Source of the DNA: Candidatus Poribacteria bacterium
GTDB lineage: Bacteria > Poribacteria > WGA-4E > PCPOR2b
DNA: 64,000 nucleotides
Reading direction: 5' to 3'
Assembly (NCBI GenBank): GCA_965116925.1
Contig: OZ220744.1
Span: 6,368,001 to 6,432,000, forward strand
Part shown: one piece after another, positions 1 to 10,754 of the stretch
Position numbering within the stretch: the stretch's first letter is position 1
How the letters are laid out: every line of letters starts with the position of its first letter
Made by a program: the position numbers and the translations under genes
The notes under the pieces: model-generated
The model's database searches: none
Told to the model about the DNA's origin: nothing
What the model saw: only the letters and a program-made list of their open reading frames with translations

Positions 1-833
1 GTGGTAATGTTCGTCGAGAACGGGATAGCAACGTCTAAACCAGCATTCATATCAATTGACTCGCCTTCTATCGAGCGTTGGGTGACGTAAGGCAGAATAT
101 CAATCTTTCGATTCGCATTCACTTTGTTGAGTTCGAGGTCTGCCAGCTGACCGAACTCCGAAACCCGACTAAAGTCGTCTCCGGTATCCGCCCACGTATA
201 ACGGGTCCCTTCCATCGGATGTGGTCGCGCAAAGTTAATGCCCCACGTCGTTGTTTCGGGATCGAAGCGGAGTTCACTGAAAGGTATTGCCATTTCTGCT
301 GTCCAGTGGTTTCCATTCTTCTGGACCTTTGCCTCCCAGTTCGCATCCCATGCTTGGTCAAAGTTACTCTCGTTGCTGATTTTTGCATCCATCTGGGTTC
401 CTAGCGTGTTGACCGCCAGCACATAGCAGTTACGTTGATCGTGATAGGTATCAAGCAGTACCTGCACCGTATCGTCCTGCCAGACAGCGGAATCGCGGCG
501 CGTTTGTGTCTCGCGCAACGCCTCCATATTCGGCTCCTCGCAACGCAAGCCAACATAAAGCGTACTTTCATCATACAGGACCATTGCCTTAGTGCCCAAC
601 TCTGCGGGGACTCCGTGTGAACCTTCTACGCGATAAAAATTGTCCGCGATCTCGGCTTCCTCCCAGACGCCATCACAGAGATCTCCGTCAATAACAGGCG
701 GCGTATCGAGCCATTTGGCTTTGATAACACGACCGGAACTTTGACTATCAGCAAAAACTGACGACCCTAAACATACTGTTGTGATTAGAATCGCCAAGGT
801 TATCCATCGTTGTCGTTGAACATTTATCCACAT
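1..833 (-). CDS. Secreted CBM9-like/DUF5916-family protein, 3' end runs off the window
   Basis: Manual translation from ATG 833: MWINVQRQRWITLAILITTVCLGSSVFA (signal peptide) then PPVIDGDL..D..W, LYVGLRCEEP, RRD..WQDD.VQVLLDTYHD, WTAEMAIPFSELRF, WGINF. Absent from the ORF track because no stop lies in the window. Confidence 0.75.
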   Translation of the reverse strand, partial: MWINVQRQRWITLAILITTVCLGSSVFADSQSSGRVIKAKWLDTPPVIDGDLCDGVWEEAEIADNFYRVEGSHGVPAELGTKAMVLYDESTLYVGLRCEEPNMEALRETQTRRDSAVWQDDTVQVLLDTYHDQRNCYVLAVNTLGTQMDAKISNESNFDQAWDANWEAKVQKNGNHWTAEMAIPFSELRFDPETTTWGINFARPHPMEGTRYTWADTGDDFSRVSEFGQLADLELNKVNANRKIDILPYVTQRSIEGESIDMNAGLDVAIPFSTNIT

Positions 834-841
834 TATCACTA

Positions 842-3157
842 CTATCTCCTATCTATTTGCCAAGAAGAATCGTCAATCGAATCTGTTTTTTTGAACTGTT
901 TACGATACATATCTGCGTACATCCCATCAGCGTCTAACAACTGCTCATGGGTGCCAATCTCAACAATCTTACCCTCTTTCAGCGCAACAATCATATCCGC
1001 ATTCAGAATGGTTGAAAGTCGATGTGCGATGACAAATGAGGTTCTGGATTGCATCAACCGATCCAGTGCCTCTTGAATCTGTGATTCAGATTCCGTATCC
1101 AAATTGGAGGTCGCTTCGTCCAGAATCAGGATGCGCGGGTCTCGTAAGATGGTGCGTGCAATGGCGATGCGCTGTTTTTGCCCGCCAGAGAGACGCATCC
1201 CGCGTTCCCCGACCTCTGTCTCGTACCCCTCCGGCAACTGATCGACAATAAACTGATGTGCGTTGGCGGCGAGGGCGGCTTGCACCACCTCCTCGTCCGT
1301 GGCGCCGAGTTTGCCGAATCGTATGTTCTCAGCAACCGAACCCGCGAACAGGAAATTATCCTGCAACACAATTCCCATCTGATTTCGCAGCGACTTAATC
1401 GAAACGTCACGGAGGTTATGCTCATCTAGGAAGATATTCCCCTCTACTGGATCGTAAAATCTGGAAATCAGGTTTGCAATGGTGGTTTTTCCACACCCTG
1501 ATGGTCCCACCAGTGCCACCATCATCCCCGGCTTAGCTTCAAGGTTGATATTGTGCAGAACCGGGTTCTCTGGTTCGTAATGGAAGAAAACGTCTTCAAA
1601 CTTGACATGGCCGCGAATGTTGGTAAGGTTTATCGCGTCGGGCGATTCTTCAACGGTCGGCTCCGAATCGAGCAGGCCGAAAACGCGTTCAGCTGAAATC
1701 ATCGCCTCTTGAATCTGTGTGTTGACCCGAATCAGGTTCATAATTGGCTCTTGGAGGCGTTCCATAAATTGATAGAAAACGAGCATAGACCCGATGGTAA
1801 AGTCGCCCTGAATGACTAAGTATCCCCCATAACAGAGGACGGCAGCCCTGCCGATTGACCGGAAGAAGAGTGCAACACGGCCCATCGCTGTTTGGGTTGC
1901 CATGATTTTGATTCTCGATTCAAGGGTCTCGCGCATATTATGGAACAGCTGTCGCTCATGGTAACGTTCCCGATGAAAAGCCTTGACAACCTTTGCTCCC
2001 GCGACCGCCTCGTACATCCCTGTTGCAATATCCGCCCATTTGTGCCGCCATTGGCGCCACATCGGACGCAATCGTTGGATGAAGATGTGATAGTTCCCGA
2101 TAATCAGTGGGAAGATCAACAAGGAGAAGAGGGTCAGCTTCCAATCCAAGTACAGCATAATGCCCAGCATGAGTATGAAAGTGACCGCATCGGTTACGAT
2201 CCGAATGGTTGTTTCGGTGGCGAGGTTCCGCAGCGAAGCGACATCCTCCCTGACCCGTGAGATGATCTGTCCCGTCCCTTGGGATTCATAGAAGCCCATC
2301 GACAGGGACTGTAGGTGAGAGAACACCTTATTTCTCAAGTCAAACAGGATGCGTTGACTGACCCATGTCATGACGTAGGTGCAGAAGTAGGACAGGACGC
2401 CGAAAATCGCATAGTAGACAATAATGGTGCAAAGGATAATAATCAACCAATCGATCAACGTATAATGAAACTCACGCCCTAGCAAGGTGTGTGTGACCGT
2501 CGCGGCGTAAACTTTGATTTCACCTTCGGCGGCGTACAGCTTACCGTTTTCTTTCCAGATCGTATGCTGTTTTCCGGTTGCCCTATCAATAACGAGCCAG
2601 TGGCTGCCTGCCTCTTCAACCGAGACAATTGTCTTTGAAGATAGCAGAATTTTCCGATCCTCGAACGCTTTATGCAACTTTTTAGAGGCTTCCTCGACCT
2701 CCTTGCGCAAAGGATCCGGCATCCTTTGAAGTTCCGCTACATCGGTCACTGCCTCAAGTTTTTCTAAATATTGGTTCTTCTGGAAATCTGAATCAAGCCG
2801 AAATACCTTGTGATTGATGCGGTATTTCTGCCCTGTTTCCGTATCGTCGATCCTCCATTTTTCTCCCTGATTTTCAATCGAGACGACCGTGCTTGAGGAG
2901 AGTAAGATCCCGTGGCTATCAAGCTGCTCCCTCAACGCGTTAGAAAGCGTTGCCTGATTGTCTAGATCATCCCGAAACGCCAAATCAATGCTTGCCAGCG
3001 GTGCATTAGCGGACTCCAAAACTGTATCAATAAGGAATTTCTGGACAAGCGGCATGAATAGCGGCGACTGCCCGACAAGCACGACCAAGAAAAAGCCGAG
3101 GATCAGCTTGGGTATATAAGGCTTCGCGTATGCAAATAATCTGAAAAACTGTTTCAT
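842..3157 (-). CDS. ABC exporter (fused TMD+NBD, MsbA/Sav1866-like) with a large insert after TM1
   Basis: Walker A GPSGCGKT, signature LSGGQ, Walker B ILDEATS, H-loop AHRL; 771 aa. Confidence 0.92.
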   Translation of the reverse strand: MKQFFRLFAYAKPYIPKLILGFFLVVLVGQSPLFMPLVQKFLIDTVLESANAPLASIDLAFRDDLDNQATLSNALREQLDSHGILLSSSTVVSIENQGEKWRIDDTETGQKYRINHKVFRLDSDFQKNQYLEKLEAVTDVAELQRMPDPLRKEVEEASKKLHKAFEDRKILLSSKTIVSVEEAGSHWLVIDRATGKQHTIWKENGKLYAAEGEIKVYAATVTHTLLGREFHYTLIDWLIIILCTIIVYYAIFGVLSYFCTYVMTWVSQRILFDLRNKVFSHLQSLSMGFYESQGTGQIISRVREDVASLRNLATETTIRIVTDAVTFILMLGIMLYLDWKLTLFSLLIFPLIIGNYHIFIQRLRPMWRQWRHKWADIATGMYEAVAGAKVVKAFHRERYHERQLFHNMRETLESRIKIMATQTAMGRVALFFRSIGRAAVLCYGGYLVIQGDFTIGSMLVFYQFMERLQEPIMNLIRVNTQIQEAMISAERVFGLLDSEPTVEESPDAINLTNIRGHVKFEDVFFHYEPENPVLHNINLEAKPGMMVALVGPSGCGKTTIANLISRFYDPVEGNIFLDEHNLRDVSIKSLRNQMGIVLQDNFLFAGSVAENIRFGKLGATDEEVVQAALAANAHQFIVDQLPEGYETEVGERGMRLSGGQKQRIAIARTILRDPRILILDEATSNLDTESESQIQEALDRLMQSRTSFVIAHRLSTILNADMIVALKEGKIVEIGTHEQLLDADGMYADMYRKQFKKTDSIDDSSWQIDRR

Positions 3158-3192
3158 CGTGGACCTCCATGGCCCTACAATTCAGTCACCGC

Positions 3193-4281
3193 TTACATTT
3201 TAGTCTTTTCACTAGTTTGAAGCACATTCCGAATTTCTCTGGTTGCCTTTGTCTCCGCTACGACAGTTTTTTGGAGTACTTTAATCGCCGCACGGCATTT
3301 CGGTTTGAAGTGACTCATCGCTTCTTTCGGGGTCAGTGCCCCTTGATTAGCGTGCCTCCACAAGCCAATCCGAGAGAGTCCCAAGCCGAGTCGGACTTTC
3401 GCCTTGTCATCCGTCGAAGCATCTTCGTGCGCTTCAAGTGAAGGCAGTACCCTCTGGACAGCTTTGAGCAATCCTACAACCTTCTGGTACTCAGCAATCG
3501 CTTCATCCAGATGCTCTACTTCCTCATCTTCAAAGTATTCTCTGATCATCTGTAGATAGTCCACGGCTGCTGTCCGGGCTTCAATAAATTTTGTTAGTGG
3601 TTGTCCGCTCCACTTCATGACTTTAGAAACGTTATGCTCGGTCAGCTTTCTTCTTCGACTCAGCAGACCGCTCAGGTGTGCGATCAGTTCGTCATAAGCT
3701 GCGAGGCCGATTGCACAACCGTGAATCTTTCGGCGGGTCTCTGCCATTTTTCTTGCAACGCGCAAGGTGCCTAGGGCTGCGTCACGCTCCTTGGGTTCGC
3801 GTTCACGCTCACCGATCACAAATTGGTAGTAACCGTGAGGTCCCAGTTCAAGAAAACCGCCGCTCGGCTGCCACTCTTTGTGGAGTTCTGCGGTTTTGAT
3901 CTGATACCGAGAGCCGTTTTGGCAGATAAGAGTTTCGGGGCCGTTATCCTGGGTCAGGAATGGGCAAGAATCGTCAAACGGTAGTAATGTTGGCTTTCCG
4001 GCACTCGTATTTTCTTGGAGCCGCTCTGATGCAGCCTCATAGGTGTCATCGTATGAGACTTCAAAGCTATAGCCGAGCGTCCGGCAGGTTGCACGCAGTG
4101 GGTTGTGAAAGAAGGTATTCATCCCTGCTTCAGGGTCAGTGCGGTTGTAAAAGAAACGGAAGGCTTCACCGGACGCACCCATCAGATAGGTGTATGAAAC
4201 ATCTTCCTTGCGGTACTTCAAGGCTTCTTGGACAGTGTGGATGTAGTCTATAGGTCGTGCTAGGGGCATTGGTTGATTCAT
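3193..4281 (-). CDS. Hypothetical protein, N-terminus resembling BtrH_N/papain-like proteins; alternative start 4332
   Basis: Long ORF co-oriented with the ABC gene; motif YTYLMGASGEAFRFFY. Confidence 0.6.
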   Translation of the reverse strand: MNQPMPLARPIDYIHTVQEALKYRKEDVSYTYLMGASGEAFRFFYNRTDPEAGMNTFFHNPLRATCRTLGYSFEVSYDDTYEAASERLQENTSAGKPTLLPFDDSCPFLTQDNGPETLICQNGSRYQIKTAELHKEWQPSGGFLELGPHGYYQFVIGEREREPKERDAALGTLRVARKMAETRRKIHGCAIGLAAYDELIAHLSGLLSRRRKLTEHNVSKVMKWSGQPLTKFIEARTAAVDYLQMIREYFEDEEVEHLDEAIAEYQKVVGLLKAVQRVLPSLEAHEDASTDDKAKVRLGLGLSRIGLWRHANQGALTPKEAMSHFKPKCRAAIKVLQKTVVAETKATREIRNVLQTSEKTKM

Positions 4282-4388
4282 TGTTACTTCTCCCGGCTTT
4301 TTCAGCCTTTGTTGTTGGGTTTTTGCCAACATAGAATGATGGAGTGGAGTAAAATAGCCTCCACCATAGCGATACAGAGTGGCTGTTG

Positions 4389-4405
4389 TGCATAAATTGT
4401 GCCAA
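4389..4405 (-). promoter_or_regulatory. sigma54 (-24/-12) promoter
   Basis: Minus strand TTGGCACAATTTATGCA: TGGCAC-N5-ATGCA with exact GG-N10-GC spacing, just upstream of the 3193-4281 gene. Confidence 0.65.
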
Positions 4406-4493
4406 CTTTACCTCCAAGCCCATAAATGGGGCTAAACCCTTGCTATGACTGAATTTTCAAGGAGAGGGTGTGGGCCCGAAGGAATATTTGAAT

Positions 4494-4610
4494 CGTTACA
4501 AAATGTGACAGTCAAGGGAGATTATTTGGAGAAAAAGGTGGGCTGCAGCGCATCAGCACTGACTTTGGGCTTGATGTGTTACATTTTGCAACACGATACA
4601 TTTTGCAACA
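4494..4610. promoter_or_regulatory. Three 17-bp quasi-palindromic sites, candidate enhancer-binding-protein UAS
   Basis: CGTTACAAAATGTGACA (4494), TGTTACATTTTGCAACA (4577), CGATACATTTTGCAACA (4594). Confidence 0.55.
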
Positions 4611-4633
4611 GGGTAATATGAAACGTGGAGGCA

Positions 4634-4756
4634 TAGGGTCATTTAATTCTTCCGTAGCTCGATATCTTGGTTAACGCAACGGCGGGGCAAGATGCCCCGC
4701 CTACGGGTTCAGGTCGTTCCAAAATCAGTCAAAAAACCAAAAACTAAATGCCCCTA
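4634..4756. mobile_element. MITE, 123 bp, TAGGG-type ends, 9-bp target duplication
   Basis: Ends TAGGGTCATTTAATT / AACTAAATGCCCCTA; GTGGAGGCA at 4625-4633 and 4757-4765; internal REP-like hairpin CGGGGCAAGATGCCCCG. Confidence 0.8.
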
Positions 4757-4774
4757 GTGGAGGCATTTTTCCTA

Positions 4775-4804
4775 TTGTCAATCATTGATGGGAGGTGTTA
4801 AAAT
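4775..4804 (+). promoter_or_regulatory. Putative sigma70 promoter
   Basis: TTGTCA-N18-TAAAAT with extended TG. Confidence 0.4.
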
Positions 4805-4852
4805 ATCTCTGAATATAGAAAAACGCTTAATTTTAGTTTTTTGAAGGGAAAC

Positions 4853-5842
4853 ATGCAGGTGGATATGAACCGATCCAAACTTGTTGTCGGCTCATTGATA
4901 GCGGAGCCGGGGCAAAGTGTCGAAGGGCATCTAAAAGTAGGGAATATGCAGGATGGTACGCCTTTCCGGTTGCCGATTGTTTTAATTAATGGTGCACAGG
5001 GTGGGAAAACGCTCTACCTACAAGCAGCGAGCGATGGGGACGAGCTTAATGGGATTGCCGTCATCCATGAGATTTTACGCCAGATTCGCCCCAATAGTCT
5101 GCGCGGTCAGATTATTGCTGTTCCGATTGTGAACTTTCACGCTTTTCACGCCAGACAAGCTCACAGTCCCGTTGATAACATGAAAATGAATCGATGCTTT
5201 CCGGGACGCCCCGACGGCACTTCTAGCGAGCGGATTGCTTACAAGCTCTTTCATACGGTCGTCCGCCAAGTTGATTACTGTATTGACCTGCATCAAGGGG
5301 GTATCCACCCCATGATCGATGAGGTTCGAGTGCGTGTTGACCCAAAACACCCGCAACATGCAGCCTGTCTTGAGTTGGCTCGTATCTTTGGAATGGGTTA
5401 CATCTTTGACCAGAAGGGCCCGAAGGGTCAGCTGGCTCAAGCGGCACCGGAGATTGGTATTCCAACGATAGATCCGGAATTAGGTGGGTGTCACGGTTGG
5501 GACGCTGCTAGCATCGCAAAGGGGGTGCAGGGTGTGTTGAACATCCTTAAGTACTATGACTTTATTGATGGCGAACCGAAACTTCCCCAGCGGCAGGTCA
5601 TTATCAACAAGTTTGTGTCACTTTGTAGTGACCAAGGTGGCTTTGTGTATTACCAAGCGGACCTGTATGATCGGGTTGAAGCGTATCAACCGATTGCAGA
5701 AATTTGCGATGTCTTTGGTCATTTACGGGAAACTATCCGGACGCCTGAAAGTGGCATCTTCTGGTCGCGTCCGGTGTACCCGATGGTTGCTAGCGGCGAG
5801 TTGATTGGGAAGATCGGTATTCCGTCTGACTACATTCAGTAA
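4853..5842 (+). CDS. Succinylglutamate desuccinylase/aspartoacylase family (M14-like) hydrolase
   Basis: Motifs DGDELNG, MNRCFPG, IDLH, PELGG. Confidence 0.85.
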   Translation: MQVDMNRSKLVVGSLIAEPGQSVEGHLKVGNMQDGTPFRLPIVLINGAQGGKTLYLQAASDGDELNGIAVIHEILRQIRPNSLRGQIIAVPIVNFHAFHARQAHSPVDNMKMNRCFPGRPDGTSSERIAYKLFHTVVRQVDYCIDLHQGGIHPMIDEVRVRVDPKHPQHAACLELARIFGMGYIFDQKGPKGQLAQAAPEIGIPTIDPELGGCHGWDAASIAKGVQGVLNILKYYDFIDGEPKLPQRQVIINKFVSLCSDQGGFVYYQADLYDRVEAYQPIAEICDVFGHLRETIRTPESGIFWSRPVYPMVASGELIGKIGIPSDYIQ

Positions 5843-5975
5843 GAGGAAGAAAACGAGAGAACGCGACGACGAGACAACGAGCAGAATTTAACGCAAAGTC
5901 GCAATGGCGCAAGGGAAACCCGAAAGCGGGAAGACGGGAAAACCGGAAAACGGGACAGTGAATTATCGCGTTTTC

Positions 5976-6869
5976 TCATTTTCCCATTTGTGCCAGAATG
6001 CCGGTCCAATTTTCTCCGTCTTTCAGTTGACGGACCTCAAGCACTCGGAAATCATTTGCCTCCAACTGCGCTTCGATCTGCGACGCCTCGTTTGCTAGAA
6101 TCCCTGACAGTATCAATCGCCCCGCCGGCTCAAGAAATTTCGGACATCTAGGAATCATCGGCAGGAGAGCTTTTGTAAGGATATTAGCGACAATGAGCGG
6201 ATATCTTTGCCTTTCAAGCACGTTCAGCCCGTCGCCCTGATGTAAACGGATAACTGATTCCACTTTGTTGAGTTGAATGTTGCTTCGAGCAATTGGAATC
6301 GTTGTCGCATCCAAATCAACAGCATCAACCCGCTTGGCACCCAACTTGGCGGCTGCAATCGCCAGGATCCCAGAGCCTGCGCCAATATCAGCGACAACCT
6401 CCTCCTCCTTTATGGCTGCTTCCAGTAATTCCAACGCAAGTTGTGTTGTGGGGTGTTGGCCTGTGCCGAATGCCATTCCCGGATCTAATCGGATCAAGAC
6501 CTCAGATGGTTCGGGCACAATATCATCCCATGTTGGTGCAATGACTAAGTGCTTTCCGATCCTTTGAGGTGGGAAGGCTGACCGCCACTGCTCTGACCAA
6601 TTAGCTTCCTCAATGGACTTTAGCGTGATCTTTGCAGGCTGCGTGTCGATCCCCGCTTGAATTAAACTGGCGAGAAATTCACGCAGATCATGGACGCGCT
6701 CACCGATGAGGTCGTCCGTTGGGAAGTAGGAGATCAGCGTGACAGCGGGAGAATTTGGGGGGAGGTTGTCTCTTATCTCGACGCCCGTTGCATCGCGTTC
6801 AAAGAGGTAGTTTGCAACAGCCTCCGACGCTTCTTGAGAAGTTGTGATTGTTACCTGAGCCCATTTCAT
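5976..6869 (-). CDS. prmA: Ribosomal protein L11 methyltransferase
   Basis: LDPGMAFGTGQHPTT, DIGAGSGILAI, ANIL; follows dnaJ. Confidence 0.95.
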   Translation of the reverse strand: MKWAQVTITTSQEASEAVANYLFERDATGVEIRDNLPPNSPAVTLISYFPTDDLIGERVHDLREFLASLIQAGIDTQPAKITLKSIEEANWSEQWRSAFPPQRIGKHLVIAPTWDDIVPEPSEVLIRLDPGMAFGTGQHPTTQLALELLEAAIKEEEVVADIGAGSGILAIAAAKLGAKRVDAVDLDATTIPIARSNIQLNKVESVIRLHQGDGLNVLERQRYPLIVANILTKALLPMIPRCPKFLEPAGRLILSGILANEASQIEAQLEANDFRVLEVRQLKDGENWTGILAQMGK

Positions 6870-6936
6870 AGCTCTTTGATCAGGAGGTTCACTACTGCGG
6901 CTTCACAATCCACACAAAATCGTCAACTTTCATCGT

Positions 6937-8094
6937 TTATCCGTTTTTGTCCTCGTTGTGATCATCATGGCGGTGGAAAAATTTGTCACCAAGTTTATCG
7001 AAAAAGCCTGAATGTTCTTCGCCCTCGCCTTCAGCGCGAGCCTGTACAAACGCTTCCAAAAGCTCTTTTTCGCGCTCTGTTAGGTTCTTCGGGGTTTCAA
7101 CTTGAATCTCAACAATGAGATCTCCGGAGCCGTAGTGATTGTAGTAAGGAATGCCCTTGTGGGGAATCCGTAACCTTGTGCCAAATTGTGTGCCACTGGG
7201 AATGGTGAGTGTCGTTGTGTCATCAATCGTCGGAATTTCAATTGTAGTGCCGAGTGCAGCTTGTGGGAATGAGATCGTCGCTCTCGTTACCAGATCATTA
7301 TTTTCTCGGACAAAAAGTTCGTGGGGTGCTACATGGATGATAACAAAGAGATCACCGGGCGGTCCTCCATTGACTCCCGCTTCGCCTTCCCCTCGCATCT
7401 GAATTTTAGCCCCCGTATCAACCCCTTTAGGGATACGAACCTTGATCTGACGAACGTTCCGAACCAGTCCCTGTCCACGACATTCGTTACAAGGCTTTGG
7501 AATCACCCTGCCTTCACCCTGACAGCGTGGACAGGTGCGGGACATACTAAAGAAGCCTTGTGTTCGAGTGACTTGCCCACGTCCAAAACACTCTGGACAG
7601 GTCTCCGGTTTGGATCCGACTTCGGCACCGGTGCCGTGGCAGGTTTGACAGGTTTCCAAGCGCGGGACATCAATGGTCAAGGTTTTTCCGAGCATAACGT
7701 CTTCTAAAGAGATTTCCAGATCATATTGTAGGCTCCGTCCACGCTTGGGGCCTCCCTGCCTGCGGCTAGAGCCGCCAAATCCAAAGAGATCTCCAAAATC
7801 ACCGAAGATGTCCCCGACAATATCCTCAAAATTACCGAAGTCAAATCCGCCTGCGCCCATCATTCCTTCGAGCCCTGCATGACCAAACTGGTCATAGCGG
7901 CTCCGTTTCTCGGAATCGCGCAATACCTCGTACGCTTCGGTTGCCTCTTTGAATTTTTCTTCGGCTTCTTTGTTATCAGGGTTCTTATCAGGGTGGTATT
8001 TAATTGCCAGTTTACGATAGGCTTTCTTAATCTCATCTTCGCCCGCGTTTCGACTGACATTGAGTACTTCATAGTAGTCGCGTTTTTGCGCCAT
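6937..8094 (-). CDS. dnaJ: Chaperone DnaJ
   Basis: J-domain HPD, G/F region, four CxxCxGxG repeats. Confidence 0.97.
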   Translation of the reverse strand: MAQKRDYYEVLNVSRNAGEDEIKKAYRKLAIKYHPDKNPDNKEAEEKFKEATEAYEVLRDSEKRSRYDQFGHAGLEGMMGAGGFDFGNFEDIVGDIFGDFGDLFGFGGSSRRQGGPKRGRSLQYDLEISLEDVMLGKTLTIDVPRLETCQTCHGTGAEVGSKPETCPECFGRGQVTRTQGFFSMSRTCPRCQGEGRVIPKPCNECRGQGLVRNVRQIKVRIPKGVDTGAKIQMRGEGEAGVNGGPPGDLFVIIHVAPHELFVRENNDLVTRATISFPQAALGTTIEIPTIDDTTTLTIPSGTQFGTRLRIPHKGIPYYNHYGSGDLIVEIQVETPKNLTEREKELLEAFVQARAEGEGEEHSGFFDKLGDKFFHRHDDHNEDKNG

Positions 8095-8105
8095 GGTCTT
8101 CTCCA

Positions 8106-10040
8106 CTATTTTTTATCTGCTTTGTCGTCCGTGTTTTCGTCAACAACTTCCGCTTCAGCGTCAACAACAGTTTCGTCCGATGTTTCTGCTTCTGTGGTCG
8201 CATCTTCTGTTTCCGCTGTTGCCTCGGATTCGGCTGCTGCTTGGGCATACATTACTTCTGCTAATTTGTGACTTGCCTGCGTCAGCGCATCGGTTTCCGC
8301 CCTAATGGCTTCGATGTCATTTCCGTTCAATGTTTCCCTTAATTTTGCGATCGCACTTTGGACTTCGTTACGATCTGCTTCAGAGATCTGATCCTCATAT
8401 TCGTTGAGGGACTTTTCCGTGCTATAGATTAGCGAGTCGGCATTGTTGCGTGCCTCGGCTTCCTCTTTCTTTTGTGAATCTTCTTCGGCATGTTCTGCGG
8501 CGTCTGTAACCATCTGCTCGATTTCCGCGTCGGACAAGCCGCCTGAGGATTCGATCCGAATTTTCTGCTCTTTCCCTGTCCCAAGATCTTTCGCAGAAAC
8601 ATGCACAATGCCATTCGCATCAATATCAAATGTCACATCGATCTGTGGCGTTCCACGCGGTGCTGGAGGAATACCTATCAGATCAAATCGACCTAACGTG
8701 CGATTATAGGCTGCCATATCACGCTCGCCCTGGAGCACATGTATGCTCACAGCTTCTTGGTTATCTGAAGCGGTTGAAAAGGTTTGGCTCTTCTTAGTCG
8801 GGATGGTGGTGTTTCGTTCGATCAGGCGTGTGAAGACACCGCCAAGTGTTTCGATGCCGAGTGAAAGGGGGGTGACATCAAGTAGCAGCACATCCTTAAC
8901 CCCTTCATCGCCGGATAAGACCCCCCCTTGGATTGCTGCCCCAATGGCAACCACTTCATCGGGATTGACCCCTTTGTGCGGCTCCTTACCGAAAAACTGC
9001 TGAACTGCTTCCTGTACCTTTGGCATCCGTGTCTGACCGCCGACTAGTACCACTTCGTCAATGTCCGATGCGCGTAGCTCGGCATCAGCAAGGGCTTGGC
9101 GACACGGTTCAATTGCCCGATCAATCAGGTCTGCGGTAAGTTGCTCCAGTTTCGCCCGCGTGAGCGTTAGATTCAGATGCTTGGGTCCACTTGCGTCTGC
9201 GGTAATGAAAGGCAGATTAATCTCTGACTGTAGTGCCGTTGATAATTCACACTTTGCCTTTTCCGCTGCTTCCCTCAAGCGTTGGAGCGACATTGGGTCT
9301 TGCCGCAAATCTATGCCGTTCTCGTTAAGAAATTCTTCGGCTAACCAATCGACAATTTTCTCATCGAAGTCATCGCCCCCCAAGTGTGTATCCCCGTTTG
9401 TGCTTTTGACCTCGAAAATGCCTTCGCCAATCTCAAGGATTGAGATGTCAAAGGTGCCGCCGCCTAAATCGTAAACGGCAATTTTCTGATCCGTTTTTTT
9501 GTCTAACCCATAAGCGAGGGAGGCGGCTGTCGGTTCGTTAATGATTCGCAGTACTTCAAGTCCAGCGATTTGCCCGGCGTCTTTGGTGGCTTGACGTTGT
9601 GCATCATTAAAATATGCAGGAACCGTGATGACAGCTTGCGTAACCGTTTCACCGAGGTACGCTTCCGCTGTCTCCTTCATTTTACGCAAAACGAGTCCTG
9701 AAATCTCAGGAGGCGCGTGCTCACGATCATCAATCTTGACTCTCGCTTCACTACCGCTTCCCTCAATTACCGCATAGGGCACCCGCTGCATTTCTTCACT
9801 AACTTCATTATAGCGTCTCCCCATGAAACGTTTGACCGACGAGACGGTGTTCTGGGGGTTTGTTACCGCTTGCCGTTTCGCAACCTGTCCAACAATCCGC
9901 TCACCCTCTTTCGTAAAGGCGACAACAGAAGGGGTGGTGCGATTACCTTCAGCATTTTCGAGTACCTTCGGTTCTCCGCTTTCTAAAACTGCGACACACG
10001 AATTCGTTGTACCGAGGTCTATGCCGATTACCTTACTCAT
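8106..10040 (-). CDS. dnaK: Chaperone DnaK
   Basis: [31 protein letters not shown]. Confidence 0.98.
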   Translation of the reverse strand: MSKVIGIDLGTTNSCVAVLESGEPKVLENAEGNRTTPSVVAFTKEGERIVGQVAKRQAVTNPQNTVSSVKRFMGRRYNEVSEEMQRVPYAVIEGSGSEARVKIDDREHAPPEISGLVLRKMKETAEAYLGETVTQAVITVPAYFNDAQRQATKDAGQIAGLEVLRIINEPTAASLAYGLDKKTDQKIAVYDLGGGTFDISILEIGEGIFEVKSTNGDTHLGGDDFDEKIVDWLAEEFLNENGIDLRQDPMSLQRLREAAEKAKCELSTALQSEINLPFITADASGPKHLNLTLTRAKLEQLTADLIDRAIEPCRQALADAELRASDIDEVVLVGGQTRMPKVQEAVQQFFGKEPHKGVNPDEVVAIGAAIQGGVLSGDEGVKDVLLLDVTPLSLGIETLGGVFTRLIERNTTIPTKKSQTFSTASDNQEAVSIHVLQGERDMAAYNRTLGRFDLIGIPPAPRGTPQIDVTFDIDANGIVHVSAKDLGTGKEQKIRIESSGGLSDAEIEQMVTDAAEHAEEDSQKKEEAEARNNADSLIYSTEKSLNEYEDQISEADRNEVQSAIAKLRETLNGNDIEAIRAETDALTQASHKLAEVMYAQAAAESEATAETEDATTEAETSDETVVDAEAEVVDENTDDKADKK

Positions 10041-10701
10041 TCGATTCTTCCTCCTCGATGCTCGGGACTTCACTTTCCGCAACCTGTTCGCTTTTTCCCT
10101 TAGAAACCGAAACCATCGATGGGCGAATCACGCGATTGTGTAACATATATCCTTTCTGCCACTCTTCAATGACGTTATTTTCGGGAACCTCTTCCGATTC
10201 AACGTGCATCACCGCTTCATGTTGCATGGGATCGAACGGTTCATTGACGGCTTCAATTGGAGTTACGCCGCGCTTTTCGAGGAGGCTGAGAATGCCCTTG
10301 TAGATCATCTCAACTCCCTCGGCAAGGGCGTCAACATCTTGGGATTCTTTTGTCGACTGGATTGCTCTTTCGATACTGTCTATCGTCGGGATTAGTTCTT
10401 TTACGAAGCTTTCAAGTGCGTATTTTAAGGATTCCTCTTTCTCGCGTTCAGCTCGTTTTTTTGAGTTATCAAACTCCGCGATTGTGCGGAGCATCTGGTC
10501 GTGTTGCTTCTCGGACTCAACTTTATATGCTTCATATTCGGCTGTGAGATTGGCAAGTGCCTCTGCTTCGGGTGAGTCCTCCGATTCAGCACCCACACTG
10601 GACTCTGCTGAGGCATCGTTGGTCGGTGGATTCTCTGCCTCCTCCGAATTGGCTGTTTCTATTTCTTGTTCTTCCACATCTGTGTTTTTTTCTTCTGACA
10701 T
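10033..10701 (-). CDS. grpE: Nucleotide exchange factor GrpE
   Basis: [31 protein letters not shown]. Confidence 0.96.
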   Translation of the reverse strand: MSEEKNTDVEEQEIETANSEEAENPPTNDASAESSVGAESEDSPEAEALANLTAEYEAYKVESEKQHDQMLRTIAEFDNSKKRAEREKEESLKYALESFVKELIPTIDSIERAIQSTKESQDVDALAEGVEMIYKGILSLLEKRGVTPIEAVNEPFDPMQHEAVMHVESEEVPENNVIEEWQKGYMLHNRVIRPSMVSVSKGKSEQVAESEVPSIEEEESNE

Positions 10702-10754
10702 ACGTATGACCTTTCTAAGGAATAGCTAAAAATAACAGTTACATGTTGCTAACA

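Noticed and set aside
560..575. Suspected frameshift in the DUF5916 gene
   Set aside because: Re-reading gives an open frame (YDESTLYVG)
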